Shown piece after piece: positions 18,660 to 26,994 of a stretch of DNA of 45,398 bases; position 1 is the stretch's first letter; the number at the start of each line of letters is the position of its first letter. Under the pieces are notes generated by a model, which was given only the letters and a program-made list of their open reading frames with translations, did not search any database and was not told the origin of the DNA. The stretch comes from Polyangia bacterium (GTDB lineage: Bacteria; Myxococcota_A; Polyangia; JAAYKL01). The position numbers and the translations under genes are program-made. Where the stretch lies: assembly GCA_050287845.1 (NCBI GenBank), contig JBNKCR010000097.1, positions 1 to 45,398 of the forward strand. The letters are read 5' to 3'.

Positions 18660-21638
18660 TTATCCTTTCTTCATTGCGCTGTGCCGTTTTTTCGGGCGCA
18701 GCAGTGCAGGCAGGAACACGAAAGTGGCCAGTGCAGCCAGGATCATGGTCACTGCAATCAGTAATCCAAATCGTTGCATGGGAATCATTCCTGAAAAACA
18801 GAGAACCGAAAAGCCCGCGGCCACCTGAATGGCGTTGGCCAGAATAGATGGTCCCACCGCCCGGATGGTCTGGGCCAGCGACTCGGTTCGACCTCTTCGG
18901 CGCCACATGAAATGAACGGTGTAGTCCACGCCGATCCCGAGGGCGATGGTGGCAATCATACTGGTACTTATGTCAATGGGCACTTTGAATGCCCCCAGGA
19001 TGCCGGTGGTGGCGATGAGCATGAACAGCGGAGGCGTCATCCCCTTGATGGCAAGGGTGAAAGAGCGTAACGCCACCAGTAGAATGGCCAGCAGTAAGAT
19101 TATGGCAGCGGTCAGAGACTTCAACTGATTGGAGATGGTGCTTTCGCAGAGGGTGATATTGGTTACGGGCGCACCAGTGACGGTGGCTGAAATGGGCAAT
19201 GCATCCCCGGAGGAGCCACCGGAAACACCGTAGACCGGCACCTGCAAATCGGTCAGGGCCCAACGGATGGCCTTTTTCAGGGCGTCGTCGGGGCTGGGGA
19301 TGTGCAGCGCATTCAGCACCGAAGGCATCAGTCGATTGGCCTGCACCACTGCGCGTTCCATGGCAAAACTCTGCGCCATTGCGCCGGCAGTTATGTCCAG
19401 ACCTTCCGGGTCTCTTCGACTGGTGAGGGGCAGCGCGGCTTCGAGAATGTGCTTCATATCGTTTTTCTGAATGAAGGTGGATTCGCGTTTTGTCAATTGG
19501 TTGAAGACCAGGTCTGCCCGTTGCCGCCATTCGGTCTGAGCTGCGGCCATTTGCGCCTCGTTCAGTGGGGAGGCGTCGACGCTTTCATCGGGTTCCAGAA
19601 AGGCGTAATTAATCTCAATATGCTCCTCAATCACTTGCCGCATGGACGAAACCAAATCCGGTCCCATGGCCAGCAACTCCTGTTGCGCGGTTTTCCAGAT
19701 AAGGTCAAAAAGTTTCTGTTGTGCGATGGGGGCAACAGGATGCCGTGAATGGATTCGGGCGAGAAAAAGGAGACGGTGGCTGAGATCTCTGACTACCTGC
19801 TTTTTCAGTTCGCGCCGCTCCGAAGGGGACAGGGTCTGGTCCACGGACGATTCCGGTGAGACGTTCGAGTTGTTTTCATTTTTATCTTTCCGTGTCGTTG
19901 ACGAATACGCCTCGACCGCGGTTTCCGGGATGGCAAAAGGGCCTATCTGAACGGCGCGAATATTCCGGGGAATATCTGTCCGGATGAATTCGCGCAGGGT
20001 ATCGATGAGTTGTTTCACCCGGGCAGCGGAAATGGCTTTGAGGCGAATCTGAATCAGGCTGGCATCTTTTTCAGCGGAAATCATCTGATCGATGGCAGCG
20101 GTGCCTTCCAGAAATGGATAGAGGGAGCCAGCCCGACGGTTGTTGAGCGGGATGTCCGCACGCCCCCCCATGGCTTCGTTCATCATGATGAGGGAATCGG
20201 TGATGGCCGACACCTGGGCCACTTCGTCCCGGCTTCGGGTGTACTCGACCAGTTTCTGGAGCTCCCGCAGCACAAATGGGGAGCGCAGGTCTCCCTCAAA
20301 ATAAATCTGCAGATAATTGGCGCCACCGAAATGCCGTTCCAGAAATCGGTTGGCCCGGTCCGGCTGTGAGTTCCTGGCAAAAAAGGTTTCCATGGTCGCA
20401 TCCGGTGCAATTCGCTGAATGCCGGCGGCGGAGATCGCGGCGATGAGCAGAGCCAGTGCGAATACTTTTCTGGGATGCTCTGCGGTCAGTGCGCCGATTT
20501 TTTCCAGATGTTTCACCGGCAGAATGCCGCGCAGCGAGGCCGGAGGAGACTTGTAGAAGGTAAGCAACGCGGGGATGAAAGTGAGGGAAAGCCCTGCGGC
20601 AATCAGCACGCCCACCGCCGCCTGAACCCCGAATTCTCGAAGTGGCGCAATGTCCATCAACAGAAACGTCATGAATCCGGCCGCCGTGGTAATCCCCGAG
20701 ATGATGACAGGGAGACCCACATCGCGATACATCCGGGAAATACGTTCCGGAATGGTCTGGACCGTGCTGCCGAAAAAGGCGCCCAGCACATGCATGCCGT
20801 ACGCCCCGCCAATGGAAACCAGAACCGTGGGCAGGCTGGAGCCCACAAGGGTAATTCCATCATCGCCCAGGGCCACTGTTCCCATTACCCAGACGACGGC
20901 AATTCCCACGGTGCCCAGAGCAAGGATCGCCGCCGACATCCTTCGGAAAAGAATGAACGTGAAAAGCAGCACTACCACAATCACCACAGGGGTGAGGGTG
21001 GCGAGGTCTTCGGCCATCCCACCGGCAATGTACAGGCGCACAAAGGGGGCGCCCGCGAAGAAAATGTCTTTCGTTCCCCAGATGTGGGATGCGGTTTTCT
21101 GAATATCCGCGGCAATATTTATCCGGGGGCGGCTTCCACCCAGGAAACAGAGGACCATGGCCGCTTTGCCATCCGGGGAAATCAGGTTGCCGACGGCATT
21201 GGCATTGGCGAGCACGGCTTTCTTGAGCGCCGCCAGTTCCGCCGGGGTGGCGGGGATTCTGTCCATCACCAGAGGGGTGACCCGAAGTCCTTCGGGGGAA
21301 GGCTGGGGATTGGGCACTTCGGTGAACGAGAGAATGTCATACACACCATCGACCGCCGCCAACTTCCGGGTGAGTCTTCGGATGCGATCGATGTTTTGCA
21401 CGGTGAACATGGTATCGCTCTCAAGCCCGATGATCGCCACATCAATACCGCCGAATCGCTCATTCACTCTGTTGAACAGCTGAATATTGGGATTTCCCTG
21501 AGGCAGAAATCGCATCATGTCATCATTGGACTTCAGCCGGGGAAGCAACGCGGCAAACCCGATTGTGAACAGGGTGGTTATGGCGATGATTGCATAACGA
21601 TATTTTTTTATCAGGGGAGTCAGTTTTTCCATCTTCAT
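18660..21638 (-). CDS. MMPL/RND-family transporter
   Basis: N-terminal TM, DDMMRFLP..FGG periplasmic loop, TM bundle with ISGITTAAGF, second half IALGIGVDYTVHF; start uncertain (21632-21656). Confidence 0.88.
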   Translation of the reverse strand: MKMEKLTPLIKKYRYAIIAITTLFTIGFAALLPRLKSNDDMMRFLPQGNPNIQLFNRVNERFGGIDVAIIGLESDTMFTVQNIDRIRRLTRKLAAVDGVYDILSFTEVPNPQPSPEGLRVTPLVMDRIPATPAELAALKKAVLANANAVGNLISPDGKAAMVLCFLGGSRPRINIAADIQKTASHIWGTKDIFFAGAPFVRLYIAGGMAEDLATLTPVVIVVVLLFTFILFRRMSAAILALGTVGIAVVWVMGTVALGDDGITLVGSSLPTVLVSIGGAYGMHVLGAFFGSTVQTIPERISRMYRDVGLPVIISGITTAAGFMTFLLMDIAPLREFGVQAAVGVLIAAGLSLTFIPALLTFYKSPPASLRGILPVKHLEKIGALTAEHPRKVFALALLIAAISAAGIQRIAPDATMETFFARNSQPDRANRFLERHFGGANYLQIYFEGDLRSPFVLRELQKLVEYTRSRDEVAQVSAITDSLIMMNEAMGGRADIPLNNRRAGSLYPFLEGTAAIDQMISAEKDASLIQIRLKAISAARVKQLIDTLREFIRTDIPRNIRAVQIGPFAIPETAVEAYSSTTRKDKNENNSNVSPESSVDQTLSPSERRELKKQVVRDLSHRLLFLARIHSRHPVAPIAQQKLFDLIWKTAQQELLAMGPDLVSSMRQVIEEHIEINYAFLEPDESVDASPLNEAQMAAAQTEWRQRADLVFNQLTKRESTFIQKNDMKHILEAALPLTSRRDPEGLDITAGAMAQSFAMERAVVQANRLMPSVLNALHIPSPDDALKKAIRWALTDLQVPVYGVSGGSSGDALPISATVTGAPVTNITLCESTISNQLKSLTAAIILLLAILLVALRSFTLAIKGMTPPLFMLIATTGILGAFKVPIDISTSMIATIALGIGVDYTVHFMWRRRGRTESLAQTIRAVGPSILANAIQVAAGFSVLCFSGMIPMQRFGLLIAVTMILAALATFVFLPALLRPKKRHSAMKKG

Positions 21639-21889
21639 TCGTTCATTGCCTGTCATCCGGAGGAGATATTGCACATGTGCTGCGCAGAGTATAATCGGTG
21701 ACCGGCAACAGTTCATCCCAAAACTGTGTATTCCGGTGATTTGATGAAACCGATGCCCGGCCGGACGCTTTCGGGATGGATTTATCTGCACCGGCCACCA
21801 GGGCAAAAATGGGTATTGAAAAATGAGAGTTGTGATAATATGGGTTTCCTGCAAACCATGGCGTTTCAGGGGCGCTTCAGGAGAAACCG

Positions 21890-22165
21890 ATGAACCGTTT
21901 AATTTCTGGAAAAAAGAAAACGTGGACAGCCGCTCTGCTGACTTGTTGTCTTGTCAGCATGGCCCTCCAGACCACTGTGCATGCCCAGGACAAAAAAGGG
22001 GGCGGCGGCGTGATTCGTCTGGAGGTCACGACCATCGAAGGTCGGGTACAGAAACCCAATGCATTTTTTATTAATACGCGACGGTCTCTCGTGTACGAGT
22101 CCATGGAAGTTAAAGACAGTTTCCTCAAAGAAATTCCCAAAGTCGTTGATTCCGGCGATTTCTGA
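21890..22165 (+). CDS. Small exported protein of the CglF/GltF (gliding motility) family
   Basis: AGGAG RBS; signal peptide ending VHA-Q; IRLEVTTIEGRVQKPNAFFINTR...SFLKEI resembles the TIEG..KP motif of myxobacterial CglF/GltF, recalled rather than searched. Confidence 0.6.
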   Translation: MNRLISGKKKTWTAALLTCCLVSMALQTTVHAQDKKGGGGVIRLEVTTIEGRVQKPNAFFINTRRSLVYESMEVKDSFLKEIPKVVDSGDF

Positions 22166-22232
22166 TTCCCCGACCAATCTTCGCATCTGACAGTACATGA
22201 CGCCCCAGGTCGGGATCAGGGGTCGCTATTCG

Positions 22233-23108
22233 TCAGTAGCGGCCCCCGGCTTTGGAGTAGCAATATGCACAGCCTCCCCCGCATCGGTGCTCGGTGTAAC
22301 TGCCGATGTCTTCGCTCTTTGCGCAGTGGCAATGTTTGCGCTGGCTGGGGTCCGAGGGGAGTTCCAGGAGAAGCTTCCGGGGGTGAAGAGATTCAAACAG
22401 CGCGGCATCCACACATGCCGCCGACAGAATTTTCGGGTTCAACCTTGAAATCAGCGGTTGCGCGCAGCTTCGCAGGGTGATGCCATGATTCTCTGCCGCC
22501 TGCACCAGTTCCGCTAAAAATTGCTGCTGCTCTTCCGGATGCCAGGCCTGAATACCAGCCTGATTGAATTGAGAGGTCAGGTTGCCTTTGAGGCTGAAGT
22601 AAGTGGGAAACGAGATGGTACATTCCCGGATACCCAGCTGCGACAGGGGGACTGCCAACCGGTTGAACTGTTTCAGTCCATTCCAGTTTTTCAGAATCGG
22701 GTCAAACCGCCAGCGAATTCGCCCTGGATCATTCTTGAAAAGCGCGATCAGCCGGGGAAGTGCGGCGACGACGGTTTCCGGAGATGGAATACCGGGTTCA
22801 AGGGCTGTTGAACCGAGGCCGGTGACGGTCAACTGAACCATGGGGTTCGCCAGTTCCGTTACCAGATTGAACAGATTGGGATTGGAGAGAAAAGGCAGCG
22901 GTTGCTTGGTCCAGAACATCACGCCATAGAGAAAACGCGTCCGCAGCCGGCGGATGCGCGCAGCGATGAGCTCCGCACACTGTGATGGATAAAATCCGGG
23001 AAGATCGGTCCTTCTCGACGCGGAGATGATGAACGGCTTTTTGGGGGCGGAACGGCTGGCCGACGGGCCAGTTTCGATGAGGGGAAGTTGTTTTGTTGAC
23101 ATGTTCAA
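22233..23108 (-). CDS. DUF1848 family protein
   Basis: IISASRRTDLPGFY, FWTK, IRWRFDPI and C-terminal QRKHCHC..DIGSY...CGGGCAYCY. Confidence 0.88.
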   Translation of the reverse strand: MNMSTKQLPLIETGPSASRSAPKKPFIISASRRTDLPGFYPSQCAELIAARIRRLRTRFLYGVMFWTKQPLPFLSNPNLFNLVTELANPMVQLTVTGLGSTALEPGIPSPETVVAALPRLIALFKNDPGRIRWRFDPILKNWNGLKQFNRLAVPLSQLGIRECTISFPTYFSLKGNLTSQFNQAGIQAWHPEEQQQFLAELVQAAENHGITLRSCAQPLISRLNPKILSAACVDAALFESLHPRKLLLELPSDPSQRKHCHCAKSEDIGSYTEHRCGGGCAYCYSKAGGRY

Positions 23109-23209
23109 ATCTCTACGGTTGAGTGTATCTTTGACCGGAAATAAAAGTACAGCAAAATTGACCGGTGACTATGCCCGTGATACCTTAGTTCTGTTTCCGG
23201 GAGGTTGGA

Positions 23210-23473
23210 ATGAGAATTATTGAAACAGAACAGGCGGCCAGACGATTGGCGCGTGCAATTGCATCTGATTTATCGCTGTACAACGAAGAAAAAATTCTGG
23301 AAGGACTCCAGGCGGATAATCTCTACGATATTCTGGCCGAAGAAATCAAGGAGGGCCGGGAGCTCTTTGACAGCCGGGTGATCCCGGAGCTGAAAGGAAA
23401 GAATTTTTACGATCGCGCCATTATCGATTTGCTCATCAAATCCAAGGGGCACATCAAGTGCAAGTTGTGGTAA
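23210..23473 (+). CDS. romX: RomX-like protein (partner of RomR in the MglA GEF complex)
   Basis: GGAGG RBS; ARRLARAIASDLSLYNEEKI..EEIKEGRELF.SRV..NFYDRAI.D...KLW resembles M. xanthus RomX as recalled; upstream of an RluD gene. Confidence 0.7.
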   Translation: MRIIETEQAARRLARAIASDLSLYNEEKILEGLQADNLYDILAEEIKEGRELFDSRVIPELKGKNFYDRAIIDLLIKSKGHIKCKLW

Positions 23474-23530
23474 CTGGCGGTAACTGTCTGCTCCTGTTTT
23501 TCTCTGTTCCTGTTTTCCATGAACTGTTCA

Positions 23531-24502
23531 ATGCCATTCGATGAAGTTTCTTCTCAACGCGTTCAGGAATGGAAAGTGGATGCCGGAGATAATGGCAAAC
23601 GCCTCGATCGATGGCTGAGCGAAAGAGATATAGATCCATCCCGCTCTCAGCTGAAAAGATTTATTGAAGGTCAAATGGTTCAAATCGATGGTTTCGTAGA
23701 GACACGACCGTCGCGAAAACTGAAATCCGGTCAGAGAATTACCCTTGAGATCCCGCCACCGGAACCACTTCATGCAGAGCCGGAGAAGATGTCTCTGGAT
23801 ATTGTCCATGAAGACGATGCCGTGATTGTTCTGAATAAACCCCAGGGGCTGGTGGTGCATCCCGCACCGGGCCATCCTGGCAGCACACTCGTGAACGGAT
23901 TGGTGTACCATTTTGCCATAGCTGCCGGAAACGAACTGCGCCCCGGATTGGTCCATCGACTTGACAAGGATACGTCCGGTCTGATGGTGGTTGCAAGGAC
24001 AGAGGAAGCATTGAAAAAACTGACTGCGCAATTTCAGGTCCACAGTGTGGAGCGTCGCTACCGGGTGCTGGTGGCAGGGAATCCTCCGGACTATCTCGAA
24101 TTGAAGACACTTCATGGCCGACGTCCCAACGACCGTAAAAAATTTTCGTCCCGGGTAACGAGGGGCAAGGAAGCTATCAGCGTGGTGGAAACAATGGAGA
24201 GATTTGTCCAAAACACCAGCGCCATGCTGAGAGTGACACTGCATACAGGGCGTACGCACCAGGTCAGGGTTCACTGCTACGACAACGGATTCCCCCTCCT
24301 GGGTGACCCGCTGTACTCCCCCAGAAAACTGAGTGATGCATTGAAAAATATTCACCTGTCACTGCCTGGACAGGCGCTTCACGCGGAGTTGCTGGGGTTT
24401 GATCACCCGGTGACAGGTGACCACCTTCAGTTTCAGAGTGACCCTCCCGCCCCCTTTAACGAGGCACTTCGAAAGCTCCGACATATTTCAGAAATCTCTT
24501 GA
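23531..24502 (+). CDS. rluD: RluA/RluD family 23S rRNA pseudouridine synthase
   Basis: N-terminal S4 (RLDRWL), NKPQGLVVHP, HRLDKDTSG (catalytic Asp), TGRTHQVRVH, LLGDPLY, QALHA. Confidence 0.93.
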   Translation: MPFDEVSSQRVQEWKVDAGDNGKRLDRWLSERDIDPSRSQLKRFIEGQMVQIDGFVETRPSRKLKSGQRITLEIPPPEPLHAEPEKMSLDIVHEDDAVIVLNKPQGLVVHPAPGHPGSTLVNGLVYHFAIAAGNELRPGLVHRLDKDTSGLMVVARTEEALKKLTAQFQVHSVERRYRVLVAGNPPDYLELKTLHGRRPNDRKKFSSRVTRGKEAISVVETMERFVQNTSAMLRVTLHTGRTHQVRVHCYDNGFPLLGDPLYSPRKLSDALKNIHLSLPGQALHAELLGFDHPVTGDHLQFQSDPPAPFNEALRKLRHISEIS

Positions 24503-24505
24503 TGC

Positions 24506-24521
24506 TGGCACGTCAATTGCT
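24506..24521 (+). promoter_or_regulatory. sigma54 (RpoN) -24/-12 promoter
   Basis: TGGCACG-TCAA-TTGCT is an exact match to TGGCACGN4TTGCW, just after the rluD stop. Confidence 0.75.
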
Positions 24522-24635
24522 ATAAACGCAAGCCAGTAAATGCGGCAAATGTGCGCTGTATAACTTGAAATCGGCGCTATAGCAGGGTGAAATGCTGACT
24601 GCTCGGTTTCTGTAAGTAGAAGTAGTATATTTTTT

Positions 24636-24660
24636 ACCACGGTTTAGTGTGGTTTTTTTT
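24636..24660 (+). terminator. Possible intrinsic terminator
   Basis: ACCACG/TGTGGT short stem followed by a T-run ending at 24660. Confidence 0.4.
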
Positions 24661-24750
24661 ATACACTGTGTTTTTGTCGCACTGGTTGATGATAATTGAT
24701 TTTCTCAAAATTCACCTTTTCCATGTTTGGCGGAAGTAGGTAAAAGTCTT

Positions 24751-26616
24751 ATGAAGAGAGCAATAGTACTTGCAGATGAAAGAAGCGAACGAATCGTAAA
24801 CGGTTCCGGACATGTAAAAGCGCTGGCAAAAGTTGCCGGTCTGCCTCTGATTATTCGAAATCTTCGAACACTGCATGCGGCAGGGATTGAAGAAGCGGTG
24901 GTGGTCACCGGCTATCAGTCTGAATTGATCAGGAGAGCGCTGGACAGCTACCATCTGGATATTCCAGTTACCGTGGTTCACAATGGATATTGGAAACACG
25001 GGAGTGCGCATTCCGTTATCGCCGCATCGGGTTGGATTGATCAGCAGGTTGTTCTTGTGCCTTCCGATCATCTGTATCCGCCGTCGCTCATTCGGCGAAT
25101 TCTGAATTCTCCGGCGCCGGTTGATTCAGTCGTTCTGGCTGTCGACAGACGTTGCGACGATGTTTTTGATCAGGAAGAATGCCTCAAGGTTCATCTTGAG
25201 GGCAACAGTATTTCTGATATTGGAATGAATCTGGAGAGGCCAGATGGGGTGTGCCCGGGGATTGTTCGGATTTCGCCGTTGCTGGTGGATAAGCTGAAAC
25301 GGCTGCTGGAGGATGTTGAAATATCTCTGGTGGACAGTTTACGGGCGATGGCCAGACGGGGAAGGGTTCGCATGCTGGATGTGAAGAACGTTCGCTGGAT
25401 TTCGATTTCCAGTCCACAGGCCCGACGATACGCTGAATTGCTGATTCAGCTGCACGGTGATACCCTGGAAACCAGTTACGATGGCGAGCACGCGATGTTG
25501 TTGAACCCGGGACCGGTAACGACAACGCCTCGGGTGAAGGCGGCTGTCGGCGCGCGGGATATGTGTCATCGCGAACCGATTTTTTCGAATCTTCTCGATT
25601 CCATTCAGAGAAAATTGCGAAAAGTTTTCAAGGCGACGGACAGTCACGATGTGTTTGTCTTAACGGCGTCCGGTACCGGGGGAATGGAGTCTGCTATCAG
25701 CACATTCGTTCCTACCGGTAAAAAGCTGCTGGTTCTGAGTAATGGTGCGTTTGGTGAGCGACTTGCAGAAATTGCATCTGTCTATAATATCGAGGTGGTG
25801 TCCTTCTCGGTTCCATGGGGAAAGAAGTTGCCTATCGAAGACTTGGAAACGACACTTCAGATCGACCCGGATATTGCCGCTGTTGCCATGGTTCATCACG
25901 AAACCTCAATGGCAATATTGAATCCTGTCAGTGAAGTGGGAGCGATTGTTCGCCGCAACGGGAGGATTCTGATGCTGGATGCTGTTTCCAGTCTCGGAGC
26001 TGAGAAATTGGATGTGGTGCAGGATAACGTTGACGTATGCGTAACCAGTGCCAATAAATGTCTTCATGCGTTTTCCGGTGTGGCAAGTGTGTGTGTGCAT
26101 CCGCGAGTCTGGGAGAGAATTCAGGATGATTCCCCTCGCAGTTATTATCTCGATTTACGCAAATATCGGGATTTTATGAAGAAGCGATCTCAGACCCCCT
26201 TCACCCCGGGAGTAAATACCATGATGAGTCTGAATGCCGCTCTGGATGAATTGCTCGACGTGGGTGTGGAGTCTCGCATGGAGCATTATCAGTCGCTGAG
26301 TTCCAGGCTTCGAAACGGCCTGCGGTCTCTGGGGATGGACTTGCTGGTAGATCCCGAACGCGCATCGAACAGTGTGACTATTGTCAAAGTTCCGAACGGT
26401 ATGACATACACAGATATTTATCTCGGATTGAAGAGCCTGGGATATATTGTGTACGAAAGCAAGGGAGAATTGGCCGGAAACTGGTTTCAGGTTGCCAATA
26501 TGGGGGCTCTGGAAGAAATTCATATCGATGAGTTCCTGAGTGCGATCGGTAAAGTGCTTTCGGATGCAGGTGAAACCGCCACCACTCAGTCCACTGCGTT
26601 CTTGAAACACGCCTGA
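24751..26616 (+). CDS. Fusion of a LicC/PntC-like nucleotidyltransferase domain and a class-V PLP enzyme (2-aminoethylphosphonate aminotransferase-like)
   Basis: N-terminal KAL..VAGLPLI.R.L..L..AGIEEAVVVTGY; C-terminal LLNPGPV, DMCHRE, SGTGGME, SNGAFGER, VHHET, DAVSS, SANKC (PLP Lys), PFTP. Confidence 0.82.
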   Translation: MKRAIVLADERSERIVNGSGHVKALAKVAGLPLIIRNLRTLHAAGIEEAVVVTGYQSELIRRALDSYHLDIPVTVVHNGYWKHGSAHSVIAASGWIDQQVVLVPSDHLYPPSLIRRILNSPAPVDSVVLAVDRRCDDVFDQEECLKVHLEGNSISDIGMNLERPDGVCPGIVRISPLLVDKLKRLLEDVEISLVDSLRAMARRGRVRMLDVKNVRWISISSPQARRYAELLIQLHGDTLETSYDGEHAMLLNPGPVTTTPRVKAAVGARDMCHREPIFSNLLDSIQRKLRKVFKATDSHDVFVLTASGTGGMESAISTFVPTGKKLLVLSNGAFGERLAEIASVYNIEVVSFSVPWGKKLPIEDLETTLQIDPDIAAVAMVHHETSMAILNPVSEVGAIVRRNGRILMLDAVSSLGAEKLDVVQDNVDVCVTSANKCLHAFSGVASVCVHPRVWERIQDDSPRSYYLDLRKYRDFMKKRSQTPFTPGVNTMMSLNAALDELLDVGVESRMEHYQSLSSRLRNGLRSLGMDLLVDPERASNSVTIVKVPNGMTYTDIYLGLKSLGYIVYESKGELAGNWFQVANMGALEEIHIDEFLSAIGKVLSDAGETATTQSTAFLKHA

Positions 26617-26741
26617 GCCCCTTCGTCTATCCTTCCCGGAACGGGATTACATTTCGACAACATATCGGTTTCGGCAAATGTTTTTTTTCACTTATCTGCG
26701 GTTTTCTGATGTGGGGATTCAAAAAAAATGTGTTGTTTTGT

Positions 26742-26766
26742 AAACGGATTATGACAAACGGATTAT
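26742..26766. repeat. Direct repeat AAACGGATTAT x2 (14-bp period) in the AT-rich region upstream of ftsA
   Basis: Copies at 26742-26752 and 26756-26766. Confidence 0.6.
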
Positions 26767-26994
26767 TAGATTTATTTGCGTTTTTTAATTCGTGATTTTA
26801 GTAGTTTAGTTTGTAATCCCTGACACATCCTGTGAGGTTGGGACCCTCTCTGTCTATGAATTATACGACATTGATTGCCTCTTTTTCCCCCTTTTTTTTG
26901 GTCAAAAATTTGATTCTGATTATCGATGCGTGCCAGTGTGACATGTAAGCGAATATTTCGTTTGGCTTTTGTGGCTCAAAAAGGCAGGTTTCAG

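Noticed and set aside
20475..21701. Long opposite-strand ORFs (e.g. 408 aa here; also 10362-11144, 12848-13678, 23528-24355, 33342-34268, 36454-37389, 42370-43131)
   Set aside because: Antisense shadows of well-supported genes, with no recognisable motifs or RBS
24751..26616. A phosphonate biosynthetic or catabolic gene cluster
   Set aside because: No pepM, ppd, phnX/phnA or transporter genes in the window; only the single fusion gene
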